Shown here: one piece after another, positions 50,474 through 58,533 of the stretch
How positions within the stretch are numbered: position 1 is the stretch's first letter
Layout: each line of letters begins with the position of its first letter
Source: an uncultured Gemmatimonadales bacterium
GTDB taxonomy: Bacteria > Gemmatimonadota > Gemmatimonadetes > Gemmatimonadales > GWC2-71-9
NCBI GenBank assembly: GCA_963795085.1
Contig: CAWCFX010000001.1
Coordinates: forward strand, 192,001-256,000
Direction of reading: 5' to 3'
Length of the DNA stretch: 64,000 nucleotides
Program-made: the position numbers and the translations under genes
Notes under the pieces: model-generated
What the model saw: only the letters and a program-made list of their open reading frames with translations
The model's database searches: none
What the model was told of the DNA's origin: nothing

Positions 50474-51852
50474 GTCAGAAACCAACGGTCCTCATCATCG
50501 ACGACGAGTCGGGCATCCTCGATACCCTGCGGATCCTGCTCAAGAAGGAAGGCTTCGAGGTCACCACCGCCCAGGGCGGCAAGGCCGGGCTGGACCAGAT
50601 CCGGGCCGGCACCCACGATATCATCCTGACCGATGTCCGGATGCCCCAGGTGAGCGGCTTGGACATCCTGCAGGCGGCGCGGGAGCAGGACCCGATGACC
50701 CCGGTCATCCTGATGACGGCCCAGGCCTCGCTCCAGACCGCCATCGGCGCCGTGAATGCCGGCGCTTTCTATTATATCCAGAAGCCCTTCGCCAACGACG
50801 AGCTGGTCGCCATTCTCCGGCGCGCCTGCGACTACCGCGCCGTCAAGGTCGAGAACAAGCACCTCAAGACCGAAATCCGCCGCAAGGACAGGAACGGCGT
50901 CGCCCGGCCCATCGGGAAGTCGCGGCGGTTCATGGACACCCTCAGGCTGGCCGAGCAGGTCGCCCCCACCGATTCGACCGTGCTGATCCAGGGCGAAAGC
51001 GGGACCGGCAAGGAAGTCATCGCCAACTACATCCACAATCTTTCCAACCGGACCGGCGGACCCTTCCTGTCCATCAACTGCGGCGCCCTGCCGGAGAACC
51101 TGCTGGAAAGCGAGTTGTTCGGCCACGTGAAGGGGTCGTTCACGGGGGCGGTCCGGGACAAGCAGGGCCTGTTCGCCGCCGCCCGCGGCGGCAGCTTCTT
51201 CCTCGACGAAGTGGGCGAGATGACGCCGGCCCTGCAGATCAAGCTGCTCCGGGTGCTCCAGGAACGGGAGGCGATCCCGGTCGGCGCCACCGAGGCCATT
51301 CCCGTCGATGTGCGGATCATCGCCGCCACCAACCGCGACCTGGAAGAGGAGTGCCGCCGCGGGGCCTTTCGCTCCGATCTCTTCTACCGGCTGAACGTGA
51401 TCCCGCTCCAGTTGCCCCCGCTCAGGGACCGGCGGGAGGATGTTCTTCCCCTCATGGAGACGTTCCTCCAGACCCTGGCCCAGGACCACGGAATGGAGCC
51501 CAAGGCGCTGTCCTCCGAGGCGCTCGACGCCGTGATGGTGTACGACTGGCCGGGCAATGTCCGGGAACTGGAGAATGCCCTGGAACACGCCGTGGTGCTC
51601 ACCAAGGGGCCCGTCATCGAGCCGTCCGCGCTCCCCGAGCGCATCACCAAGCGGCGCAAGGAGCCGCTGGTGGCGGAGCGGTCCTTCCAGAATCCCACCC
51701 TCGATGTCATCGAGCGCGCCTACATCATGTGGGTGCTCCAGGTAGAAGGCGGAAACAAGACCCGCGCCGCCGAGATCCTCGGCATCGACCCCTCCACCCT
51801 GTACCGGAAACTGAGCCGGTACGAGGAGGTGAAGGAGCCGGTGGGGAATTGA
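50470..51852 (+). CDS. pilR: PilR-like sigma-54-dependent response regulator
   Basis: Receiver (IDDE, TDVRMP, KP), GESGTGKE, ELFGHVKGSFTGA, FLDEV, WPGNVREL, Fis-type HTH. Confidence 0.85.
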   Translation: MSQKPTVLIIDDESGILDTLRILLKKEGFEVTTAQGGKAGLDQIRAGTHDIILTDVRMPQVSGLDILQAAREQDPMTPVILMTAQASLQTAIGAVNAGAFYYIQKPFANDELVAILRRACDYRAVKVENKHLKTEIRRKDRNGVARPIGKSRRFMDTLRLAEQVAPTDSTVLIQGESGTGKEVIANYIHNLSNRTGGPFLSINCGALPENLLESELFGHVKGSFTGAVRDKQGLFAAARGGSFFLDEVGEMTPALQIKLLRVLQEREAIPVGATEAIPVDVRIIAATNRDLEEECRRGAFRSDLFYRLNVIPLQLPPLRDRREDVLPLMETFLQTLAQDHGMEPKALSSEALDAVMVYDWPGNVRELENALEHAVVLTKGPVIEPSALPERITKRRKEPLVAERSFQNPTLDVIERAYIMWVLQVEGGNKTRAAEILGIDPSTLYRKLSRYEEVKEPVGN

Positions 51853-52127
51853 GGGAATGTTGGAATTGAGGGAATGTTGGAATTGAGGGAATTGAGGGAA
51901 TGTTGGAATTGAGGGAATGTTGGAATTGAGGGAATGTTGGAATTGAGGGAATTGAGGGAATGTTGGAATTGAGGGAATTGATCAGTTCAATTCCCGGATT
52001 CCTCAATTCCCCCATTCCCTCAATTCCCGGATTCCCTCAATTCCCGGATTCCCTCAATTCCCCCATTCCCTCAATTCCCGGATTCCCTCAATTCCCGGCT
52101 TCCCTCAATTCCCCCATTCCCTCAATT
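51845..52127. repeat. Inverted 17-bp tandem repeat arrays between pilR and pilA
   Basis: Left arm has about 10 GGAATTGAG interleaved with GGAATGTT. Right arm has about 9 CTCAATTCC interleaved with CGGATTCC or CCCATTCC. Centre near 51980. Confidence 0.95.
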
Positions 52128-52241
52128 ATTACCCCTTCTTGCAAAAAACCCTTAAACCCGGCCTCCCGCTCTCGGCGTTTTTTGACGCCGCCGTGCCCTA
52201 ACCCACTATGTAGCAACCCTTTACGGCCTCGCAAAGTGCAA

Positions 52242-52258
52242 CTGGCATACCTGTTGCC
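52242..52258 (+). promoter_or_regulatory. Sigma-54 (-24/-12) promoter of pilA
   Basis: CTGGCATACCTGTTGCC: GG at 52244-52245 and GC at 52256-52257 with the canonical 10-nt gap, 70 bp upstream of the ATG. Confidence 0.85.
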
Positions 52259-52327
52259 TTAACTGAGCCCGGTGGACATCCATCTGGCGATGGCGGCGCG
52301 ACAAACAACTCAAGGGGAGGCTGTACC

Positions 52328-52735
52328 ATGAATCGCAAGGGTTTCACTCTGATCGAGCTTCTGATCGTCGTGGTCATCATCGGCATCCTGGCCGCGATCG
52401 CGATCCCGAAGTTCGCCAATACCAAGCAGAAGGCGATCGTCGCTTCCATGAAGACGGACCTCAAGAACCTGGTCACCGCTCAGGAAGCCTACTTCTCGGA
52501 CAACAACGCGTACGCCCCGGCAGCGGGTGCGGCGCAGGCGGCGGGCGTGGTGGCCTTCCAGCCGACCACGGGTAACGCACTGGTGCTCTCCAACGCCAGC
52601 GCGACGGGCTTCACCGGTGTCATGACCAACCCGGCCGTGACCTCGACCCCGAGCACCTGCGGCGTCTTCGTTGGACCGGCTGGTAACGCCCCCAACGCGG
52701 CCGTGACTCAGGAAGGTGCCCCGGCCTGCTGGTAA
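52328..52735 (+). CDS. pilA: Type IVa major pilin
   Basis: MNRKG|FTLIELLIVVVIIGILAAIAIPKF class III signal and a C-terminal Cys pair. Has its own RBS, promoter and terminator. Confidence 0.92.
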   Translation: MNRKGFTLIELLIVVVIIGILAAIAIPKFANTKQKAIVASMKTDLKNLVTAQEAYFSDNNAYAPAAGAAQAAGVVAFQPTTGNALVLSNASATGFTGVMTNPAVTSTPSTCGVFVGPAGNAPNAAVTQEGAPACW

Positions 52736-52751
52736 CCCCAGGACGGTAGCA

Positions 52752-52790
52752 AAGGGCGGCGGGAGTTTCCCGCCGCCCTTTTGCTTTTTC
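52752..52790 (+). terminator. Rho-independent terminator of pilA
   Basis: 13-bp perfect stem AAGGGCGGCGGGA / TCCCGCCGCCCTT, then TTGCTTTTT. Confidence 0.85.
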
Positions 52791-52974
52791 TGGCTCCGGA
52801 CTTGCCACTACTAATAATCAGGCAGGAACGGTGGTCCGATTTCAGGCCGAATAATCCAGCCGTTCCCGCTCCCGGTGACAACCCGAACTACGAGGCTAAC
52901 TCGCGCTCTCCCCGCAACTTCCGCGGTGTGGGTGCGATCATTGGCCCCCTCTTCCACCCTGGCCTGGCCGGCAT

Positions 52975-54243
52975 ATGCACCTGCTCTCGCTGACTGATGA
53001 TAGTGCGCTTCGCGAGGAATTGCGCGGGACGCTGGGCGACGAAGCATGCGAGTTCCGGAGCCCCTCCGCGTCGGCCCAGGAGCTGGAGCAGGCCATCATC
53101 CGGAGCCCCGAGGCCATCCTGCTCGATCTCGCCGGGGCGGCCGAAGCGGGAACCGCATTTTTACGGTCCTTTGCCGAGCGGGGCGAAAACATCCCGGTCC
53201 TGGTCATCTGCGGCGCCGATCAGCGCGAGGCCGGTCTCCGGGCGCTCAAGTCCGGCGCGGCCGATTACCTGATGCGGCCGGTGTCCATGGATGAGCTGGG
53301 CGCTCGGCTGGCCCGCGCCCAGGAGGCCGCCCATCTGCGCCGGGAAACCGCGGCGCTCCGGGTCTCGCTGGAGCGCAATTCCGCCCGTACGGCGTTCGTG
53401 GCGGAGAGCGAGATCATGGTGGGGATCCGGGATTCCGTCGCCGCGCTGGCCGGCGGCCACGAGCCGCTCCTCATGGTCGGCGAGCGGGGGACCGGGAAGA
53501 AGACCCTGGCCGAGTTCATCCACCGGCTCGACGGCCACCGGCGCACCCCGCCCGGCATTCTGTCCTGCCATGCCCTCGGTTCGGGACTGCTCGACTCCGC
53601 CGCCTGGCAGGCGGCGCGCGACTCCGGCACCGCCATTCTCGAAGGCATCGAGAACCTCCCCCGCCCCGAGCAGGAGCGGTTGGCCGCGAGCCTGGGGACC
53701 AACGGCGCGAAACGTCCCGTGCGGGTCATCGCGATCGCCCGTACCCACCTGGACGACCCGGACCAGCGGGGCACCGTGTCTCCCCAGTTGTTCGAGCGGT
53801 TCGCGTCCTCCATGTTCGTGCTGCCGCCGTTGCGGGAGCGCGCGCCGGACATCCCGGCGCTGCTCGCCCACTTCGCGCAGCGCACCGCGCAGCGCCTGGG
53901 CCGGCCGGTCAGCGTTTCACCCCGGGCCCTGGCCATGCTGGCGGTGTATTCCTGGCCGGGCAACGTGGCCGAACTGGAGAGCGCCGTGGAACGGGCCGCC
54001 CTGCTGGGCGGCAGCGGCCGGCTGGAATACGCCGATTTCGGCTTGGTGCCGGGTCTCGCCAGCCCGGGCGAAACACCAGGCGGCGCCCTGGAACTCAAGC
54101 CCCAGGTCGAGGCCTTCGAGCGCCAGGTGATCCTCCAGGCCCTCTCCGCCGCCAAGGGAAACCGGCAGGCGGCCGCTCGGCTCCTGGGCATCAGTCTCCG
54201 GACCCTCTTCTACAAGATCAAGAGGTATGGGGTGGAGGGTTGA
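52975..54243 (+). CDS. Degenerate NtrC-like regulator (REC-AAA-HTH) lacking the GAFTGA loop
   Basis: GERGTGKK, LPPLRER, WPGNVAELES and HTH GNRQAAARLLGISLRTL present. No GAFTGA; Walker B reads ILEGI. Confidence 0.82.
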   Translation: MHLLSLTDDSALREELRGTLGDEACEFRSPSASAQELEQAIIRSPEAILLDLAGAAEAGTAFLRSFAERGENIPVLVICGADQREAGLRALKSGAADYLMRPVSMDELGARLARAQEAAHLRRETAALRVSLERNSARTAFVAESEIMVGIRDSVAALAGGHEPLLMVGERGTGKKTLAEFIHRLDGHRRTPPGILSCHALGSGLLDSAAWQAARDSGTAILEGIENLPRPEQERLAASLGTNGAKRPVRVIAIARTHLDDPDQRGTVSPQLFERFASSMFVLPPLRERAPDIPALLAHFAQRTAQRLGRPVSVSPRALAMLAVYSWPGNVAELESAVERAALLGGSGRLEYADFGLVPGLASPGETPGGALELKPQVEAFERQVILQALSAAKGNRQAAARLLGISLRTLFYKIKRYGVEG

Positions 54244-54244
54244 G

Positions 54245-54960
54245 GTTGGCTGGCGTTACTTGGATTTGAGTCTGCCCGAACCAACAAAGCACGAAAAGAA
54301 ACACAAAAGAAGAAACTTTCCTCGTAGTAACTTCATCTTCCCAAGACTTTTGGTTGTTCTGTCTTCTCGTTTCGTGATTTGTGGTCCGGCGGTTCTGGCT
54401 GGCGTCACTCTGATTTGAGCCTGCCCGAGCACGAAAGCACGAAGGACAAATAGAAACAGCAAAAAAGACTATCGCGTGTGATAGTCTTTCCTTTTTTCTG
54501 CTATTTGGTCGTTTGGTCGTTTGGTCGTTTGGCTGTTGGCTCGCGTCACTTGGATTTGAGCCTGCCCGGAACTACAAAGCACGAAAAAAACAAACAAAGA
54601 AGAAACTCTCCTCGTCTTGGCTTCGCTCCCAAGGCGTTGATTCTTCTTGTTTCTTCCTTTCGTGATTTGTTGTCCGGCAGTTGGTGCTGGCGTCACTCAG
54701 ATTCGAGCCTGCCCGGGACAACAAAGCACGAAAAATACAAAAAGAATAAATCTCCTCGTCGTAACTTTATCCTCCCAAGACGTTGCTTTTCCTGTTTTTC
54801 TTTATTTCGTGATTTGTTGTCCGGCGGTTTTGGCTGGCTCTTCGGCTGTTCGGCGGTTCGGCCTTTGTCAATCGGATTTGAGCCTGCCCGGACCAACAAA
54901 GCACGAAAGAACAAAAATAAAGCTTTTCTTTTCTGTCATTTCGTCGTTTGGCTGTTAACG
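54245..54960. repeat. Array of five ~150-bp AT-rich imperfect palindromic units
   Basis: Core GATTTGAGCCTGCCCGRA-N-ACAAAGCACGAAA at 54263, 54412, 54553, 54700 and 54875. Complementary arm TTTCGTGATTTGTKGTCCGGC at 54370, 54658 and 54805. Confidence 0.9.
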
Positions 54961-54979
54961 CTGTTTTGGATTCCTTTTT

Positions 54980-56140
54980 CTATTGGCAGCCATTCACCCC
55001 CGGATTTCGATCCCTCGGATCCCGGCCCGGCAGCGTCCCGTCCAGCCGCAGCGCGTAGCTGTCCTGCACGTTGTTCCCCTCATAGCGAATGGACTGCAGG
55101 ATCATCGCGGCGCGGGTCCTGGTGCTGTTCAGGCTGTACCAGTTGTTGGTGGACTCGGTATAGACCGGCCCGCAGCGTACCAGCTGGACCGCGATCCCCT
55201 TCTCATAGACCACGCCGAGCATATGCTCGCCGCGGGGATGCATCCCGTTTTCGTCGAAGAAGACGGCCTTCACCTGGGTGGCCGTCCCACTGGCCCGTAC
55301 CGAGAACTTCCGCCCGGCCCAGGCCACGTTCCCGTTGAGGCTCACCGGGTTCGGGTCGCCCAGGGTGTTGTAGTCCACCCGCTTCGGGCCGGCGGAATCC
55401 CAGGCGATCTCGGTGGGCAGGGCCACCAGCGCCTTCCAGTCGTAGAGCGCGGGGCCGGCCGGCGCCAGCAGGGTGAAGACCGCCTGGGCCAGGATCTCGT
55501 GCGGCTTGCGGGTGGAGACCGGCGCCTGGGCTGCGCCGGCCGCGCATTGCGTGCTGTAGAGCGCCAGCTGGTTCGGCTGCAGTGCCGGGAGCTCCTCGCC
55601 GTGGGATAGGACATAGCCTTCATTGGGACGGCCCGGGCGGCCGGCCTGGATGGACAGGAAGCCGGGCGACAGGTTGGCCCCCCTGAGCCGGTACCAGCTG
55701 GTGCTGCCCGCGCCGCCCCGGATCGGGCACCGGGCCAGTTCGGCGCCCAGGCCGGCCTGCTTCAGCGCCGCCACCACCGGCGCCTCGCCGATCGGCGCCC
55801 CGGTGTTCCGGAAAAAGATGTTGAGGACCATGGTCCGGGCCCCGGTCGCCATCACCGTGAAGCTCCGGCCGCCGACCGTCGCGGTGCCGGTCCGGGTGAA
55901 ACACCCGCCATCGGGGAGGCAGCTCTGCAGCGCTGCCACCGGCAGCGGCGCCCAGCGGATGGCCGGGAGTTTCTCGAGCCCGTCCCAGTCGGCGGGAAGA
56001 CTCATCGCGAGGTAAGCCCTGGCGATACCGGCCAACTCACTCTCCGGCGTAGGGCCGGCGTGGAAGGCGGAGAGCCCGATCGCGGCAGCGGCGGCGGCGA
56101 TTGCCCCGATGGCAAACCTGGTTCGCATGGCTGTTCTCAC
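54980..56140 (-). CDS. Secreted hypothetical protein with internal two-fold duplication
   Basis: Signal peptide, high-GC3 codon usage. Halves share DW..L..LP..I.W, G....GR.F.V.A.G, L.RC and WY.L. Confidence 0.75.
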   Translation of the reverse strand: MRTAMRTRFAIGAIAAAAAAIGLSAFHAGPTPESELAGIARAYLAMSLPADWDGLEKLPAIRWAPLPVAALQSCLPDGGCFTRTGTATVGGRSFTVMATGARTMVLNIFFRNTGAPIGEAPVVAALKQAGLGAELARCPIRGGAGSTSWYRLRGANLSPGFLSIQAGRPGRPNEGYVLSHGEELPALQPNQLALYSTQCAAGAAQAPVSTRKPHEILAQAVFTLLAPAGPALYDWKALVALPTEIAWDSAGPKRVDYNTLGDPNPVSLNGNVAWAGRKFSVRASGTATQVKAVFFDENGMHPRGEHMLGVVYEKGIAVQLVRCGPVYTESTNNWYSLNSTRTRAAMILQSIRYEGNNVQDSYALRLDGTLPGRDPRDRNPGVNGCQ

Positions 56141-56167
56141 GTAAGGGTTTATCGTCTGCCCGCCGCT

Positions 56168-56605
56168 TCAGTCTTTCAGCAGGTATTTGAACTCCCACGC
56201 ACACCCTTCCTCCCGAAGCAGCCGCGCCGAACACTCCACCCGGAGCGTGGCGCCGCCGGGAACCGTGAAGCTGCCGCGATGGGTGCCCTGGAAGGGGATC
56301 TTCACGTCCTGGCCGTTCACCACCCCTCCCTGGCCGTCCCGGACCCAGACCCGGGCGCTGTCGGCGCCGAGGGTGTCCCGGCCCATGCAGCTGTTGCGGA
56401 CGCGGACGTGGAGTTCCTTGTCCCGCCTGGTGTGGTTGGCGTACACGTCCTCGGTACGGCCGCACTGGGTCACGTCCCCCTCAGTCACCAGGGCGGAGGC
56501 TCCCTCAGCGCCCGTCCCGGCTTCCGGCCGGTCGTCATCCTCCTGGCAGGCGGCGAGGAGGAGCAGGAGAAGGAGCGCGGGGCGGCAGGACAGAAGGCGG
56601 AACAT
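56168..56605 (-). CDS. Hypothetical lipoprotein
   Basis: MFRLLSCRPALLLLLLLAAC lipobox and four further Cys. Confidence 0.68.
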   Translation of the reverse strand: MFRLLSCRPALLLLLLLAACQEDDDRPEAGTGAEGASALVTEGDVTQCGRTEDVYANHTRRDKELHVRVRNSCMGRDTLGADSARVWVRDGQGGVVNGQDVKIPFQGTHRGSFTVPGGATLRVECSARLLREEGCAWEFKYLLKD

Positions 56606-56716
56606 GGGACCATTATGCACGGGAGGCCGGGCGGGCGCCAGTTTGCCGAATCGAAGAGGCGCATCGCGCCGACTTACTACTCGCTCTCCTTTTCCATCCA
56701 CGGCCTTGGCGATAGA

Positions 56717-56870
56717 ATGGCCGAGGGCAGGCTTCAGCCTGTCCATGACGCCAGGGCCGGATTCAGCCTGGTCGAAATCCTGGCGTCCTCGCCGTCATTG
56801 CGATGCTGGCCAGCGGCGTGACGCCGATGGTGTTTCGCAAGCTGGGCAATGCACAGGTGCGTCACGCGGG
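56717..56870 (+). pseudogene. Frameshifted, truncated prepilin/pseudopilin (GspG-like) N-terminus
   Basis: MAEGRLQPVHDARAG|FSLVEILA, then one base missing near 56785, then VLAVIAMLASGVTPMVFRKLGNAQV in another frame. No recognisable pilin body follows. Confidence 0.7.
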
Positions 56871-57082
56871 ACCTGTTCGCACTCACCTGCCTCGGCTGTC
56901 CAATACCATGGCCAGTTTCCGGCACAGAAACCCGCTTCTCTGTCCTCTCCAGCGGACACCGGCACCCGACCTTCGGCATCCTCCACTGACCCCACGCACC
57001 CCGGATCCCCCGGTTCCGCGTCACTCCCCGAACACTTCAGCTTCGGACCTGATCACCCCGACGCGGACCCTGACCACCACTC

Positions 57083-57590
57083 GTCCGGGTACTTCCCGGG
57101 ACCGGTCCGCCACTTACCACTGCTTCGGCGAGTACCTACCCGCGTGGGGCGGCCGCTGTTCAACGTCGGTCCAGTACTTACCGAGGCTGGTCGGGCACTT
57201 TCCTGCGCTGGTCAGAGGCTGCTCAAGGCAGGTCCAGTACTCTCCCCCGTCCACCCAGCACTTCACCTTCTCCGGCAACTACTTACCCCGGCTCGGCGAG
57301 TACTTGCCGCCCGCCGTCCGGCACCTGGGCGGGGCTCGTGCGGCTCTTACCAGGCGCTCGTCCGGCTCCTGGCAGGCGCACGTCCGGCTCTTGCCAGGCC
57401 TCGTCGGTCGCTGCCCCCGGTCGCGCCAGGGCCGTGGCCGCACCGGCCGGCACTGACCAGCGTCGGGCAACCACGAACCACCTCTCGTCATCCACCTCAC
57501 TTCGTTGGTACAGCTCTGGTCTTCGCTCGTCCCGGACTTGTCCACGTCCCGCAGGGGCTCGATGAGCACGCGGAAACGCTGGCATGCCGT
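57083..57590. repeat. Degenerate 21-bp-periodic tandem array (about 24 units)
   Basis: A mostly ACT/GCT/TCT-type anchor recurs at 57091, 57112, 57134, 57155, 57176, 57197, 57218, 57239, 57260, 57281, 57302, 57323, 57345, 57367, 57389, 57410 and onward to 57578. Consensus is approximately SGTCCRGYACTTRCCNNNGYY. Confidence 0.8.
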
Positions 57591-57724
57591 CTGCCCACTG
57601 TCCCCTCCGACCGCAGCGTCGTCGAGCGTGCGCGGACACTGCGGTCCTTCGCTGCACGTACATGCGGGACCCGGGCGCGGCTCGACCCCCCGCGGTCTCA
57701 ACAAGGCAGTTGATTGGAGGTGGT

Positions 57725-58408
57725 ATGAACACCGCGACGCGGGTGACGCTGGCGATGGCCATGCGGGTGCGCGAGCTGCTGGTCGCCAACCCGTTCGGCT
57801 ACCCGGCGGGCGACGACGTCATCGCCCGGCTGGTCATCAAGGTAGGGAGAGCGGAGGCGCTGCTCACGCAGCAGGAATCCGGCATGCAGGCCTCGCGCAG
57901 GAGCACGCTGTACCGCCGGGAGTTGCGCCGGGCGATCACGCGGGTCACGCTGAGGCACCTGGTCAGGATCGCCCGGCCGCTGGCACTGACTCATCCCGGC
58001 GTGGCCGGCGGGATCCGGCAGCCGGCGCTCGGCCGGAGCGAGGAGTCTTTCCTGGCCCGGGTCCAGACGATCGTGCAGGACGTCGAGGCCAACCGGGAAC
58101 TGTTCCTCCTGGTCGGGCTGTCGGATGCGGCGCTCGCCGAGCTGAAGCAGCAGCTCGCGAGCTACCGGCAGTCGATGAAGGATGCCTATGGCGGCCGGCG
58201 CGCGCATACCGGCGCCCAGGCCGAGCTGCGGTCGCTCTCCCGGGAGCTGGTGCTGATGGTGCAGCAGCTGGACGGGATCGTGGGCTACCAGTTCCAGGAC
58301 CGGCCCGAACTGCTGGGCGCGTGGAAGAGTGCGCGGAACGTGGCCTGGCCGGTGTCGAAGCCGGCGGTGCCGGAGGCCGGGCTCAAGCTGGAGAAACCGG
58401 CGGCATGA
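57725..58408 (+). CDS. Hypothetical alpha-helical protein (227 aa)
   Basis: GGAGG RBS at 57716-57720 before ATG 57725; genome-typical codon usage; amphipathic helical pattern; no signal peptide or catalytic motif recognised. Confidence 0.8.
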   Translation: MNTATRVTLAMAMRVRELLVANPFGYPAGDDVIARLVIKVGRAEALLTQQESGMQASRRSTLYRRELRRAITRVTLRHLVRIARPLALTHPGVAGGIRQPALGRSEESFLARVQTIVQDVEANRELFLLVGLSDAALAELKQQLASYRQSMKDAYGGRRAHTGAQAELRSLSRELVLMVQQLDGIVGYQFQDRPELLGAWKSARNVAWPVSKPAVPEAGLKLEKPAA

Positions 58409-58533
58409 AGGGGGACAACGGAGGCAGGGTGGAATAGGGGGGCAGGCACCGCTGGGGTCCTCCGGGGGAGCCTGACCCCTTCCGTTCCCGCCGTCCCCCG
58501 CTATTCTAGGAAACCTCCTTCCTGGAGTTCTCC

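Noticed and set aside
51725..52262. ORFs with NSPIPSIP-type repeats
   Set aside because: They are translations of the 17-bp repeat, whose unit length is not a multiple of three.
52328..52735. Electrically conductive (e-pilin) candidate
   Set aside because: It has F1, F24, Y50, F51 and Y57 but lacks Y27, and only 9 of 130 mature residues are aromatic.
54245..54960. CRISPR array
   Set aside because: Intervals are over 100 bp, resemble each other and pair with the core. Repeats are degenerate and no cas genes are in the window.
54245..54960. Integron attC cassette array
   Set aside because: No clean RYYYAAC/GTTRRRY ends, no ORFs between units and no integrase in the window.
54478..55338. 286-aa ORF with repeated LSLPG.TKHEK peptides, and neighbouring short ORFs
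   Set aside because: These are translations of the DNA repeat array running antisense into a better gene; composition is atypical.
56187..57713. 508-aa ORF across the 21-bp array
   Set aside because: It overlaps a lipoprotein gene antisense, the repeat motif slips out of frame at the 22-bp units, and codon usage is poor. A decayed heptad-repeat CDS cannot be fully excluded.
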